A stretch of DNA of 64,000 bases from Daphnia carinata. Its lineage: Eukaryota. The stretch lies in assembly GCF_022539665.2 (NCBI RefSeq), contig NC_081333.1:310001-374000 (forward strand), read 5' to 3'. The notes beneath the pieces were generated by a model, which searched no databases, was not told the DNA's origin, and saw nothing but the letters and a program-made list of their open reading frames with translations. Positions 35,210 through 51,165 of this stretch are shown piece by piece; the first letter of the stretch is position 1, and the number at the start of each line of letters is the position of its first letter. The translations under genes were made by a program, and so were the position numbers.

Positions 35210-38200
35210 AAAGAACATTATCCTCTTAGCTAATGGTAAGAAAGTCCAAGACAAAAATGAACGCTTTAATGTAATTGGTCAAATAACCATCCATTAGGCT
35301 ACATAACCCCACTGTTTATGGTTTTTTCTTTTGTCTTTATCATGAAAAGGTTGTGGAGGTGAAATAATATTGCAGTGAGAAATATAGCTCAGCTTTCAAG
35401 GAATTTCAAGAGTATGGTCTTGCTGGCTTTTTTATCTTCTGGAATAATATTCCATTGGTGATCATTCGCAGTAAAAGTCGATGAAGTCAAAAGCCAAACC
35501 TTACCCTTCCTCCATTATTTCTACGCGCCATTTTTGCACCTCTAGCGGGAATGCTCCGAACTATGCCAGTCACACTCAGCAGTGGGGTAATATTTAGCAG
35601 TGAATTGCCGCGCGCGACGTTAAGTAAAATACATTCTCACGTGCTGCATACCTTTTCTCTTTGTCTCCGTATTTAGCCAAAATCAGATCTACAGTTGAAT
35701 TCGTTATGCCAGGCCATTTTTGGTTGGGTTCCATACCAACAAATTTAAAAAGTATTCAAGAATACCTTGATGTTGCTGCTGATTATGAAGCAACAGATGT
35801 ATCTGTTAGCTATTCGAGTATGACCTTTCAAAAGCATGATCTATCATCTCGAAGGTTTATGTTATTTTCTTTCCCAGGTCGCCCGTATGCTCTTAAGCAA
35901 GGAATTAGTCTATTGAGAGATAAAGAAGACCTGGAATTTTTGCTTAATCTGATAGAATGGCTTTGGGGAAGGAAAGAAGAACTGAAGTCCCTGAAGGTAC
36001 GACTTCTACAAACTAATCTAATGATGCAGTGAAATGACATTTTCTTAATGGAGGTGGGTAAATTCATTGTATTTATTATTTGTTGTGGTCTCAGACAGTA
36101 TGTGATCTAGTTGAGGCTCAACTTCATGTTGAAAATGTTGCTTCTAATCTTTTAATCTGGGCTGAAAGTGGATTCCAGTTACTCCCAGTTAATCGGCTCA
36201 ACAAGTAAGATAAATATTATATTTCCTGTCACATGTTTAGAAGAAACTGTTTCTTATGCATTTACAGAATTGTTGTTGGGGCATTCTTCAGTGCCAAAAT
36301 ATTGATGAATGTGTGCTCAATCTTTGGCAAGCTAAACAAAGAAATGGCCAAAAACAAAAAGTATTTCTTTTATATTTAATTTATTGTCTCAATTTAACTA
36401 TTGTGTGTGTATTTGTAGATATTTCAGTTTACACATTGTCAACATGACAAATTGCAGACTTCCTTCCTATCTGAGGTAAAAAAATGCATATTAAATCTCT
36501 CCAAGAGGATGTTTAATATTCTACGGGATTGTTCCTGAGTAGTGTCTGTAAGATAATGGACATCATGAGTTTCTCAGTTTTGATTCTAGGTGATGCCTAA
36601 CATATTGACAACTTTGAAGCACAAATCCAACCCACATCCTGTTATTTCATGAATAAGTAAGTAAAACCCATAACTTTCAATTTTACAGTGAGGAAAACCG
36701 TTCGCGTTACACGTAGAGTTTAGGCTTTCGATTTAGGATAAACCTGAAATCATGTTTTCCACTTTCAACTGGAAATTCGCTAGGCTAGGGAAATCGATGC
36801 TGGTATATGTAATGGAAGTGTGAATGGATCCCATTTAATTTATTTTCCTTTTCACGAATTACAGTTGGTTGTTAAGCCGTTTTATCAGGTCAGAGTTCAT
36901 GAAGCTGGACTGTATTTAGCTACTTAAAACGAGCTGAGCTTGGTTTATTTTAAAATAATGTAAAAATGACCGTTTGGATTGGAAACACCCCAAAATTTTA
37001 CGATTTCAGCTGGAGATTCATAAGGCTAGGGAAAATGCCGCTACGTGTTTGGAATGAGAACAAAATTTGTCTTCTTTTCAGGAATTCTCGTGTGAGGTGC
37101 AAAGTATTTAAAATAGTTGTAAAAAACAAGAAACTTAGATGATCGATAAATTTCTAGTTATTCTTGTTGAATATTGACTACCCGTTCGCCTTGTTACGTT
37201 GGCTTATTTTACATGAAAAACGCGGGCTGTATACTGATCGTCTGTTTTTCATGTAAAATATTTTAACTTTTTTATTTAACCGTTGCCTGTAACGATTTTT
37301 TTTGTAATTGGGAACATGTTTCTCCGTGGCAAAATTACAAAGGTAATTTAGATCATATAGAGGCACCAGGTATTCGTGCCAGTGAAACGGTGAGTCCGCT
37401 AAATTTAAAATTCGCATTTTCTATTGATTGGATCACGATAATTATCTATTTAACTGTAAGTTTCCTTTTTTTTTTGTAGGCTTCATCAAAACTGCATAAA
37501 TGGGTGCCTTCCACTACCATTCAAAAGATGCCTAGCAAAAATGCTAGGCAGTTAGGCACCCAAAGATGCGGTCATACCACGTAAACTGATAAAAAGATGT
37601 TCTTATAAAGAGAAAAAACAAAATTTAATTCAGTTTCATAAACTTATTGGAATTATTATTGTTAAAACTATTTAAATTTTTGTTTTAATGGCAGGTATTT
37701 GCCTGGATAATCTCAGTTTGTGATAAGACTGCACGAGAGATGTCGTCCTTCTTGTATAGAACGCCTCATATACTAGATATTTCCGTGTTTGGTATTGTTC
37801 GAGTGCACACTGGTAGGTTAAATAAAAAACAAGCTGAAATTTAAACATGACAAAGATAAGTACGGAAAGGAAGGTGATCTTTTTCCAAAAAGGAAATGAA
37901 TATTCGGAAAGTGCTGGGCAAAGGAAGGCCGGAAATTTGACTAGGGACGGAGAAAAGCATTTTGTGGCTTTCTACATTAACAAAATCATCAATGACCTCT
38001 TCGTTGTCTAATAGGTCCAGCTTTACAATTGCCGCAAAGGGACATCGAATCCCCTAACAGTTAGTTTTCTTCACGTGGAAATTTGTATGGAAGGTACTCA
38101 AATAATTCTTTAATTTTTGCTGAATTTTTCTCATCAATCAGTGAACTCATCTAGAAGGCTGGCCACTGATGTTTGATCGGCAGCCAACGTCATTAAGGGA

Positions 38201-38892
38201 GGGCAAGCCGGAAGAGCCTACATTTCGGTTCCTGCCCAATTACCGGAATCTGATCTTTTATCCTCAATCGCTACATCCATTCCTTTTTTCTGTGACATTT
38301 CTCATCGTTCCTGACAGTAAAAAAAAAGGCAAACGGAAATTAGCAGTCACTCACGAAGTAGCTTGAACTCGCGGTAAAATATCCTGCTGGAGCAAAGCAG
38401 TTTTCTTCAGAATTCCTTAACATTCCGAAGAGCTTTTTCTACAGCCTTTACTGCATCTTAGACACTAGCAAAAATTGCCATGTGTAAGGTAAGACATATT
38501 TTTTTTCGCAATTTCAAAAAACGTTCAGTTAAAATTTCTTTTCGATAACCTTTTCTATGGTCAAGATCTGGAGTTAATTGCCGTGGCAAAGCGGCCATAT
38601 CGCACACACGAAAATTGATTGGAAAAGATATAATTCGGAGATAAATCGATGCCGAGTTCAAGTTTGGCTTTAATCAAAATGACACATTTATTCGGTCCAT
38701 TGGACCCTGGAACATCACGAAACAATCACGCTGGGATTAAAAGCGTTTTCTGAGCGAGATATACGGCCAGCTCACGGAAATGGATTCATCACCTCCTGAA
38801 AATTGATTGTTGGCCTGGAATTAATGAGAGCTGCATTGGAAGTATTACCCTTTCTATTAAAAGTTTTTTTGAATTTTTGCCTGTCGCAATTC
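35210..38892 (+). repeat. Mosaic of duplicated segments: copy 3 of the DUF4832-end + block C (35210-36830), copy of ~16010-16700 (37350-38030), copy of ~16790-16950 (38722-38892)
   Basis: Direct sequence matches, e.g. 'gccagtgaaacggtgag', 'gcacgagagatgtcgtccttcttgta' and 'aacaatcacgctgggattaaaagcgtttt'. Confidence 0.85.
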
Positions 38893-41800
38893 CAATCGGC
38901 TTTGACTATTCGCTACTGAATATGGAACTATCGTTTTTTTTTTGTAGTTTAAAGTTAGATTCGAAAGGCAGAATCGTAAAGGATCTGCAACTGTCTACTA
39001 AACTGTAAATCATTGAACTTTTTATAGTTTCTCCTTCGTCTAGGCGCAAACTTTGCAAGCTATCTAGGTAATTGAAAGTCAACGCTCAATTTCCTGGAAT
39101 CGAGTCCGCCCAATAGTCGAAACTCTTTCCGTGTAGGTTTCATCAAATGTTTCGCATGTCGATCGAAAAGTGTTGGGATCGATATTCATATAATGGACAG
39201 AAAGGCCTTTTGCTCATTGAATGCCCTCAAACGCAGCGTGATTAAGTGTTTAACTTTTCGTATAATGAACCATTCATTAATTATTATTCTCAATTTACTA
39301 TAGGCAGCACACCGTAACCAGTCACGTTGGCATTTGGCTTTTTTTTTTGGAAAGCAGTAGATTGAAGCGAGAAGGTGTTCATTTGAAAACAGTGGGACTT
39401 AATGGAACTGCTCAGTCATCACACGAAACCCGTTGGAAGGAAGTGAAGAAACCACAGATTTTCCGAAAGCGTTCGACACGCCCCTTTAGTTTTCTGGCGA
39501 CGGGTGGTTGTTTTTAGAACCAGCGGATCTAAATGAAATAAATCATCCGCTCTATCGAGGCAAGAAAAATGTTTGACTTAAAATTCCCGTAATTATTCCG
39601 TTACCTGTTTAGTTACAGTTATCCGAGTTTTTACGTAACATTGGTTTTATCCCTCTGACCTTAAAAATCGATAAAACAGCTGTTTTAATTCGGAAATCAA
39701 AACAAATAGGAGAAACATTTACCGATATCTACGATGGAGCTGTAACAGAAATGTAGTCGGTATAATTTGTGAAGTTCATAAATGCAATTTCATTTCCTTA
39801 TTGACACAACTCACAGGTTTGACAATGAGGGATCGCGTATTATCGACCTCTGCCCGCACGTCTATCGCGAATTGTTCATATCTTGCCTGAAGGATCCCGT
39901 ATGATTGATTCTACAGTTTGATCACAACTTGGTTCGTGCGTCGAAAATAGTAGCAACGAAACGAATCAAGTTGAGACATCTTTTGGCGTGCAAGGACGTT
40001 ATCAACGTTTCCCAAATTTTCCTTCCGGATCTGTTGGGCAACACGAAAAGACGATGGGAAAACCGTGCCCTCCTCATCGTGCACGTCTTGTGACGTGTGC
40101 AAGTTTGTGCGTGCAATCGCATCTGATGCGACGTGAAACGGAATTCTAAAAATACGGACGTTGACAGCCGGCCGACCGGAAGAATCCACAGTAATCTACT
40201 AAAAATGCTATACATCCATTAGCGTCTAACCAAGTTATCTATTTTTATTTTTTAGGATTCCGTCAGCGGAATCGAGCGGAATTAACCCACTATCTACACA
40301 AGGATATTATCTGAATCATTCTTTCCGTTTCTTCAATCGATAACGGAGGAGTTAAGGAGTCTATCCAGGACTAAATCTATTTATCTGTATGTGTCGTATA
40401 AAATTGCCGTCCAGGGCAATAGCAGTCTTGCAATCAAGTTGTTGTGTCCCCAAACTGATTGGATACACAACACGGGTAAGTTGAAGGGATACAGAAAGAA
40501 AGAACTTGCATTTTCTTTTCTTTCTTTTTCAAGTGGTGTACACGAACCCTACACGCTGACAATGGAACACAAGCCTCAAAGCTGATTGTAAGATTCGCCA
40601 TCCATGATAACATTTTCGCCTCGAGAGATGATCGAGTTCTACGAGAAGTATCAATTGCACTAACGTTTACTGACTAGTACAAAATAACTCATAGACACGC
40701 AATCTTGTGTGGAGATATGCAAAGAGCTGAGCTGTTGAGCGGCTTGCTTTCTTCATTATACGGGCGGGGTTTTCCCCGCTGTAACGCATGTTCGTGCTAT
40801 TGGATATACTAAAAAGAAAAAGGACTGAACGTCGATAAGAAGGGGAAAAGTTTGTCCGGAGGGAGATGGCAAAGATTATCCGCGTGACCAACTAAAGAGA
40901 GACAAAGCCCCGGCTTTATTACTATAACGTGAGTAAAACTGCTGCTTGCCGAGTTTCGATCAATATTTTCGTGTCTTCCTTGAAACAGGTGAAGTGAAAG
41001 GGTAACTCGACGACACACAAGATCCGGGAGAAAAAAGAAAGGATTACAAGTACATGTCATGTGTAAGTACTTGTAAATTCTTCTAAGGGTTTTGCTCAAT
41101 CATTTTACCAATATCTTGATTTTTGACATTTCGTAGAGGAGTCTTCAAGATAAGCTTTGGAGATAAAGAAGAGCAAAAAAAAAAAAGCCCAATAACTTGA
41201 ACGTCAACGGAGGACAGTCGGTTTATTGGATGAAACAGGATCTCATTGATTCGAAACGTCAACACAAGAAAAGGAGGGAAAAAATCCTAACTTGACGTCA
41301 GATCAAACAATGGGGAAAAAAACGCGAGGCAAAGGCTAAGTGAATCAAGAAACAAGAACTATTGTACCATACTACACAAGAGCACAAAATTAATCATCCG
41401 AGAAGGACCCGTTGTAATAACAATTCGAGAAACGACGAGGAAATTATTTGGAATCCTTTGTATTTTGCAGCAGACGAAATGAATTAATGATTCAACTTTA
41501 AAAACATCGTCTGAATGATGAAAGACGTTCATTTTCTTTCATGTTTGTATTCCTGTAGAGTTAACGATGTCGTGTAAAATAGCAAAAAGAGAATTAAAGT
41601 TGAAAATAAATGTGGGGTGGCCATTAGGCAATCAAGAAGCGTGTTCACCATGTCGGACCTTGCCGTAGGTGCATGCTACTTGAGCTGTCACTCTTTTGCA
41701 CGCTCTCAACTCTCCCCTATTAAGTGTGTATACGGATTCTAAACACATCCACCGTTGGACCAGACCTGTGTGTGTTTTTTCTTTGTTCTATTAAAAAGAA

Positions 41801-43203
41801 GCCCTTATTTTATTTTTTTCCCGTCCTTCGGAAAGTCGAAAATCGTTAACATGACTGTTAGGGGAAAAAGGAGGAATGTAAGGTGATTTCGCTATACTCA
41901 AACGAATGGTGACTAGCAGTAAAAGAGAAATTTTCACTTGGAAAAAAAAAGATGGCGGTAAAACATTCCAGATGTTCTTTTTATTAGCCTATTACCATTA
42001 GTTTTCTCAAATGAGATTCGATAGCGTAAAGTGTGTTTTACGTATCTGTTAAGGGTTTATTAGGGTGGGGGGATAAAAGGAAATCGGATCGATAATAGGG
42101 GAGGTTGAAGTGCTATTATCTGATGGGATTTTATTATTTTTCTGTTGTCTGTGATGAGGCTATAACGCCAAGATGATTCACTTACACACGCTTCAGCTCT
42201 AGAATAAAGAATTTTTGGTGAATCAGCGTGTGTGCGTTTGTGGGGGAAGGATCAACATCCGGGATTTCTTCACTGATTTTCGTGGCCTCCCCCCTCTGTT
42301 TCACTGAAAGACGCAATGATGACGCGAGCCACAATTCATTTTGACCACTTTGTCATGAGACAACATATTGATTTTATTGATTCAATATTTCTCATACGGT
42401 AATGTTTGCTTTGACATTATTTTAATATTATTAACATGAAAGATGGCTCCCGAAACTAGACAAATGAACACAAAGTGGAAAATATTTGTCAATAAAACTG
42501 TTTGCCTATTTCTTGTTTGTTATTGAGAACTTCAAGGACGCCTTGTGGTGTGTAATGCCATATGTACACATATGCAGACTATTCAACGTTAACGTCACGG
42601 ATGATGGACCACGGCCAGGTGGCAGTACAAGGAACCTGCTGATGAAACGAGACCCATAAAAGACTTTGGGAAAAAAACATGAGTCACCATTATGTGGCGG
42701 CCCCTATCGTTTTGCATAAATTTTTTCTTTTCCCCACCCATTCAGGTCTGACTGAGTTGCTTTGCAAAGACACATCGATCGAAAAACTTACGAAAAATAC
42801 CCAGACCCTCCTATTACGCGAACAACGGATATAGAACACGACAATAAAACATTTCCATGTTTCTAATCAATATGGATTTCCGTCTTTCACGTACTTTTCA
42901 CATCGTTGTTGGTACTCAGACGGATCTCTAAGTTTGTTATTTTTTATTTCATTTTTCTTTCTCGACGTGTACACCCAAACTAGCCGCTAGAGGCGCTAAT
43001 GTCTTATGACTCGCCTAACGCCTTAAAAAGAATTTACCGTTCAGTCGTTGCTCAGACGTCTTGATAACCGAAGGGCCATTGTGAGACACGAAGACACGTA
43101 CGACACATTGTTGGTCGAGAGATTTCAACGTTTAAAACGTCCTTGGTCGTTTAGGTTTTTAAAAAAGTTATTACTTTTTGTTTTGTAATCAAGTTATTTG
43201 AAA

Positions 43204-44701
43204 ATGGAGACGGGAATGAAATTCATCAAATATTTGCTCTTCATCTTCAACCTGCTGTTTGCCGTGAGTCAAAATTATGTCAAGTTTTTCTTTTTATCTG
43301 GATTTCAAAAACGCCCCTTGTATGTGTGCGTCGTTTTTAATTTCATGTGTTTACGTGGCGTTCCCGTTGTTGCAATCCCATTTTTTATGTTTCGCGTCGT
43401 CTAGTTTTTATCTTGATGTAGTTCAAAGCAGGGGGGAAAAAGGAGGCGCTTTTGTTTGCAACATGGTCTGAAATCTATTAAACGTGGGCTTACCTTTTCC
43501 GGGAAATAAAAGAAAAAAAAAGTAACGGTTGATAAGTTCCTTCTGAAAACGAATGGCCGACAATATTCCATTTGCTGCCATGGGCAACCGTGTCAACACA
43601 TCGAGCTGTATTTGAAAACTTGTTCCAACTACGTCTCTTAGGTAGTTTCTCTTTCCTTTTTTTTTTTTTTTGTAGGTTTTAACTACCCTTTGCAGTAGTA
43701 GAGTCGTGTTCAATCTTGTGGCGTGGATGACTGCTCTCTTGCTATTGTATTTTGTGTCAGAGGGGTGCTCGGTCGTAAATTGTGTCTGGGAAAGCACGAT
43801 CCTCGTGTGTGTTTCGTGGCAGTCGTTTGGGGCAGCCAACCCCTTATAATATATACGATGTTAATAACCTTTTTATTGCCATTTTTTGTTACTTTTTCTC
43901 ATCACAGGTTTCGGGCATCACGCTCATCATAACAGCGGCAGTGATTCAGGGACTCTACTCGACGTATCTGGATTTCTTGGGAAATGAATTCCATTCAGCC
44001 CCCATGCTCTTCATCATTGTTGGTGTCGTCATCTTCCTGGTGGCCTTCTTTGGCTGCTGTGGTGCTGTCAGAGAAAGCAACTGCATGATGATTACAGTAA
44101 GTCCCGATTTAACACGTTTATTTGGCAAAGTACTGATGAAGTTTTGAATTTTATAGTTCTCAGTCTTCCTTGGACTCATTTTCATCTGTGAATTGGCTGG
44201 AGGCATTGCTGCTTATGTTCTGCGTAATGATGTCGATGTCATCCTCACTGAGAACATGTACAAGGCTCAACAGCAGTATAATGTTACCGGACATGAAGGA
44301 GTGACAGAGACCTGGAACATCATGCAAAATGAAGTATGTTGGATTACATAATTTCATATTAGAAGGATTTCCTTAATTTAAATTGTGTCATGCAGGTCCA
44401 TTGCTGTGGTGTCCAAAATTACACAGACTGGGCCAACACAACCTTCAGCCATGGAGTCAATGTTCCAGATAGCTGCTGCATTGAGTATACAGCAGGCTGC
44501 GGTCTCAATATGATCTTGAGTCCCGACGCAGATCAGAGACTTTGGACTGTTGGATGCGTACCCGAACTTGCAAAGCAAGTAAAACACAAGGCTGGTGTAT
44601 TTGCTGGCATTGGAGTTGGCATTGCATTCATTCAGTTGATTGGCATTGTCTTCGCCTGTCTGCTGGCCAAGGCTATTCGAGGAAGTTACCATTCCGTTTA
44701 A
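43204..44701 (+). CDS. Tetraspanin, CD63-like
   Basis: KYLLFIFNLLF, FFGCCGA..ES, CCG and PDSCC in the large loop, four TM segments, and a C-terminal YxxPhi (YHSV*). 4 coding exons. Confidence 0.92.
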
Positions 44702-45661
44702 ATTTATAATTAAGAGCGTCCAAGCAAAAAGAAAAGTCGAGTTTAATCATTGAAACCGCACTTGAAGCTCGTCATTAACGTAAAAAAACACGGGCACTTT
44801 TTAAAAATGAAGTTGAAAGAAATCCGCCTGTCTTCGATATCTTCTATTATTCTTGTTATGTCTTGAAAATCAAGTCTAGTTTGGAAAGTGAAAAGTTAAA
44901 AAAAAAAAATATTATATGAAATTTTATTTTTTTTTCTTTTTACTTTGGTCATTTTATACATTTCGATTTGAAACAATTAGGGATGCAATATTTTTTTCTG
45001 TTTCTTTCGTTTGAAAAAGTTTATCCCGGTATTGTCATCTTAAATCTTTCCCAAGAAATTCGTCTGCGAGTCTTTAAATCCGAAACGAATGATGGATGTA
45101 GATATTAATAAATGAAGGTTTTACATTTCTATTGATATTCAACTAACGAATTTTTTAAACAAAGTTGTGTATTTTCTTCTACCTCTGCACTTCCAAGAGG
45201 GGAAAAATCAGTAATAAGAATTTCGAATTATGACACGAGAATGGTGAGGGTTTGGGGCTAGGAGGGGGTGGGCGTTGCGACGGGACGTTGAGGTTTTTGC
45301 GTAATTTGCGAATCGACGAAGTCCGGCTTCCATACAGCGAGCTGTGCGTCTTTTTGATAGGAGGGAATTTTTTTTCTTTTTTTAATCTTAGAAAAAAAAA
45401 ATTGGATGTGGACCAGACTAGAGCTTTACAAAAAATCCTCTAGGTGTGCCAAATAATAAAGTGGAGGGTTATAGGAATTACGAAAAAGAAAACAACCAAA
45501 CAAATCAATGAGGATGTGTTGTTTTAATTTTTTTAAAAAGAAAGAAAACTGTAGTTCCATGAGTAGTTGCGGATTTTGACAGATTTTTTTTAAGGGGAGT
45601 AGAAATGAAAGAATAATAAAAAATAATAAAGAAGCTTACAAAAAAAAACTAGGGGAGGAAA

Positions 45662-46541
<880 letters not shown>

Positions 46542-47435
46542 GGAGCAGCTGATGATATAATGAGATCTCCAGATCAACCTTTGTTAAGTAGAAACAATTA
46601 ATAATAAAATAACTGAGAGTACAAAAAATTTTGATTGCTAAGTTTTTTAAGGACAAGTATCAGTCTGGAACTTGAACACTATATTACACAAAAATGTTTT
46701 TGTGAGAAAGAATTTACACTTCCATTCTTTAAACAATATTCTAATATTAAATGGTATAACAGTGAGATTGCAATAAAAAAAAACCTATTAAATTTTTAGT
46801 ATATTTTCTCAACCCATTCTTACCCAAGCAAACACACAAAGCCTGAAGAAGACAAAGCCGACGACCAGAAAATACCAACAAAATGTACAAATGAATTTTA
46901 ACGTACCACTCAGTGACTGAACTCAACTACGGAAGGAATGACTTATTCGTTCGAGTTTTAATTTTTCAATAGCAGGAGATGAATTTAAAATAAAAGGATT
47001 GTTTTATTGGGGCGTTCTTACTTCTCGCCCAAGAACGATACAGCCACCGAAATACATACAACAAGACATTAAAGAACTGTTTAGGTTGCCAGTTTTACCA
47101 GCACATTTACCTAAATTGTCTTCTTTCCATTTTGTCTATTCATTTATTTAATTACAATTGATACACGAGAAAATATTTTTTTTTTGTGACTTCCCCCTTT
47201 AAATCTTAGAATATCGACTCAATATTGAATATAAATCTGTTTTGGCCAACCGGCGAATTTACCGCCACCACAATTTCTAATGGCATTGACTATTGTTGTC
47301 GGCTCAATCGCGTGTGTTTCTCCGGTAGAATTTTAAAGTAATTTTTGACGAGGAACCTATACCTTTCAAAATAGCTTTTTGTGTAATACTATTCCTATTT
47401 GTTACGTAAAAAAGCGTTCCGGTTTAGCAAGAGAT

Positions 47436-49359
47436 ATGCAGGATCCAAGCATTCCAGTAAACAAGAAAGGGGTTTTAACTTCTTTCCTCACCGGCCAGCC
47501 CATGCCGATTCCGGAAAAAGATAATGTATTACAACTTTTTCCCAATGTGTGACAATGTAGTCGTAAACTTGCGGTTATATGGACAGCATGAAAATAATAA
47601 AACATGAGATAGTTGCATCCTTTCCTAAGATTAGTATATAGCATTCCAGCAGGAAATGACTCACGTCTTGGCAGTTCGAAGGTGTTATTTCCTTGTAATT
47701 TAAGATGTGTAATACTGTTTCACCTTTAGCTTGTACGTGGCATTTCCCCTTTGTTACTAGACAATTAAGTGTGAGAAATTATAACATTCTCTAAAAATTT
47801 CAGTTTTAAACAATTTGTTTGTTTTCAATTCAGCTGGGCAAATGCAGATCTGTCTCGGAGTTTGAGAAGCTAAACCGCATTGGTGAAGGAACCTATGGCA
47901 TTGTCTGTAAGGATTCAACCTAAAGTCATCTACTGAATTGCAAATTTTCACAATCTGCATTATTTTTAGATAGAGCACGCGACACCCGAAATTCAGAAGT
48001 TGTCGCGCTGAAAAAGATGCGCATGGAACGTGAAAAAGATGGACTGCCACTGAGCGCCATCCGTGAGATTACGTTATTGTTGAATTGCCAACACGATAAC
48101 ATTGTGGCCATCAAAGAGGTCGTGGTCGGTAGGAGTCTCGAAAGGTATGTTCATGAAAAGAGAAAACCTTAACTGTGTTGTTGCCTTTGAAATTTAACTG
48201 ACCATGTCATTATGTTATTCAGTGTTTTTCTAGTAATGGAGTACTGCGAGCAAGATTTGGCTTCAATACTTGACAATATGCCAAACCCATTTACAGAAGC
48301 TCAAGTCAAATGCATTGCTCTCCAAGTATATCTGTTCACTTTAGTCATTACATAATTGATTTTGGAACATTCCTTTCCATTTAGGTATTCCAAGGACTTG
48401 CCTATCTTCATAAACACTATTACATTCATCGCGATTTGAAAGTGTCTAATCTTTTAATGACCGACAGGGGATGCGTCAAAATTGGTACGGGAAACCTTGA
48501 TTTTAATGCAAAATGATTTATTTATCTCATAACAATCTATTGGTTAGCCGATTTTGGACTGGCACGTCGATTTGGTGAACCTATTAAACCGATGACTCCT
48601 CGTGTTGTAACGTTGTGGTATCGAGCCCCCGAATTGCTCCTCAACTCCCCTACCCACACAACAGCAATTGATATTTGGGCAGCTGGCTGCATTCTCGGTT
48701 CGTATAATTCGTAATTAAATGCCTACTCATTTCCTCCTTGACTAATATGATTCTTAATTCAATCATAAAGGAGAACTATTGCTGCACAAGCCTCTTTTAC
48801 CCGGCCGTACTGAAGTCCAGCAATTGGATATGATAATTGATCTCTTGGGTACTCCTCATTCCGCCATTTGGCCTCAGATGGACCAACTGCCTGCTCTGCA
48901 AAATTTTACACTCAAATCACAACCATACAACAATCTCAAGCATAAATTCCCTTACTTAAGTGCCGCTGGTCTCCGGTTGCTCAATTTCCTATTCATGTAC
49001 GACCCAGCTAAGCGAGCAACTGCTGAAGAATGTCTACAAAGCTCTTACTTTAGAGAACAACCCCTCCGTAAGTTTCACATCTATCCATATTTCTAATACT
49101 TTTTCATTAATCCAATATTTTAAACTGGATTTCCACAGCATGCGATCCCAAGCTTATGCCATCATTTCCGCAGCATAGAAATATGAAATCTAGCCGTAGA
49201 GAAATGAATCAGGAACAACGGCAACAGGAAAATCAATCGAACGACGGTCTGTCAGACTTGGTAAGCATCTCGTAAGCTACTATACTATTTCAATATTTTA
49301 TTTGAATATCGATTACTTTTATGTAGCTACAACTGCCGAAGCGTGGTCGGGTCGATTAA
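47436..49359 (+). CDS. CDK10: Cyclin-dependent kinase 10
   Basis: [95 protein letters not shown]. Confidence 0.95.
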
Positions 49360-49471
49360 AATCAATGGCGAAACAAAAGAAGTTTGGAATTTGTCGTTGT
49401 TTGTCCTTTTTTTTTAATTATTATTTTAGTTTTTTTTCTTTTTTACTGAACTACACGCATTTCACGGTGCA

Positions 49472-50031
49472 TTACAAAAACTCGCGATCCGGCTTGGTTT
49501 TCTTGGCATATTTCTTTGCAAGTCTTGGGAACCAACGATGTTTAGTTGTAGCTGTTGTTTTCATTAGGTATTCCCTTTGCTGCTGTGGTTTCTCAAAATG
49601 AAATATTTCTTCTATATCTTTAGCTTGTGTCTTCAGGATCTGGGTTAATTCATTTGATTTGATTGGTAGGGGAAGGCTGCATTCATAGGGAAATCTGTTA
49701 TTGGAAAATTTGTCATTAATGTGGCATTCTTGGTAACTCTCGTAAGTTTAAACATATCAAAAGGAAAACTACTTAAAATGAAAACAATAAGCTTTTAATT
49801 ATTACAAGATAGCGTATATACTAAAGAAAATGCCTACTTAGGTTCGGGATGCCAGCAGACAATTGTGGCTCCATTGTCGGCCATAACAATTTTATCTTCG
49901 GGATTTTCTTTTCGGAGGATATGGCTATTCCTTTGAAACCCATAGCCAAAAATCTGCACATATCTAGCACTAAAGTTCAGCACATTTTTGTTTTGAGCCA
50001 GATTGCTCAAAGTTTTCAGAGATGTAGCCAT
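49472..50031 (-). CDS. MRPL42: Mitochondrial ribosomal protein L42
   Basis: Basic presequence, then TIVCWHPEPK/FPYE.S.P and TTKHRWFPR; 2 exons. Confidence 0.88.
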
Positions 50032-50269
50032 GTTACAGCGAAATGTGGTTTGACAGTGAAGCAGACGAACGTTAACAACGTTGCCACCAACACAAAAATA
50101 CAGAAGATAAATAGTGGGATTAAAAAATGAAAGTCGATTGTCGATTGTTTTGCCAGATGTAAATTTGAGAAAGTCAAAAACGAAACGTGTAACAAGTCAG
50201 TCTTTCGAAGGACTTTGGTCTCAACAGTTGATCGTGGTATCACCCTCTATAGTCTTCTTCCTAAAGAAA

Positions 50270-51165
50270 ATGGTCGAACTATATTCTCTATCAGTTACAT
50301 TTGCTAACATTTCAACAATTGTGCTGTGTATTGTGTTAAAAATCCCGCAAATAATAAGTCTCGTGAGCAGCAAAAACACTACGGGGCTCAGTCTACCGGG
50401 CACACTACTTGAATTGACATCGTAAGTCATGTTTTTCAATTATGTATTTCGTACTGGGCATGATTGATGATTTCCTTGTCTGAACTATTAGTATTCATAG
50501 TCACGTCTAATCTAGTAAGGGAATTAAGTAGGCCATTGTATCAAACGTAGGTTTACTATTGGGCTGTGCTACAGTGTTTCCAGCGGTTACGCACTTTCGT
50601 CATACTTGGAGTATCCCTTTCTCGTTGGGCAAGACCTTCTTCTTTTGGCTCTTGTACTTCATTACAGCAAACAACTAAGTCCGACTTGGTTTGCCCTACT
50701 TGGTGCCTATGCGGCCGTCGTCTACGCTTTGACGACAGGCATGTTTCCAAAAGGGCTGTTAATTACATTAATGGTAACTGCTTTGGACTATTAAAACGCT
50801 ATTTCTACAGATTAGACATTATGACGATCGAATTTTAGAGCCTTTGCACTCCAATATCGGCTGCCAGCAAACTGGCTCAACTTCGAACGATGCACGTCAC
50901 CCAAAACTCAAAATCTGTCAGTGTGTTGACTTGGTCTATCGCAGTGTATACTTGCATTAGTAAGTGCTGTGATTTGTTTAGTTTCAGATGTTTTTGTTTT
51001 CAAACTCTCTGATTTTTCTTAGCGCGGATCTTTACGACTTTGGATCGGGGTTTTGATGCCCCACTGTTAGCCAACTATTCCGTCAGTTTGATCCTTAATT
51101 TGGCCATTATCTCTTTGGCTTTGAAACTGAGAAGACCGTGTAAGCAGGAAAAGAAAACACAATGA
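50270..51165 (+). CDS. SLC66A3: PQ-loop repeat protein 3
   Basis: CIVLKIPQI...GLSL...LLEL, Y...SYLEYP.L..QD, ISAASKLAQL, SV.TW, RIFTT; 4 exons. Confidence 0.85.

Noticed and set aside
42635..42700. CTGATGA...GAAA as a hammerhead ribozyme
   Set aside because: No stem II or flanking stems form.
39000..43100. Short track ORFs upstream of the tetraspanin
   Set aside because: No motifs or exon structure; it reads as ordinary intergenic/regulatory DNA.
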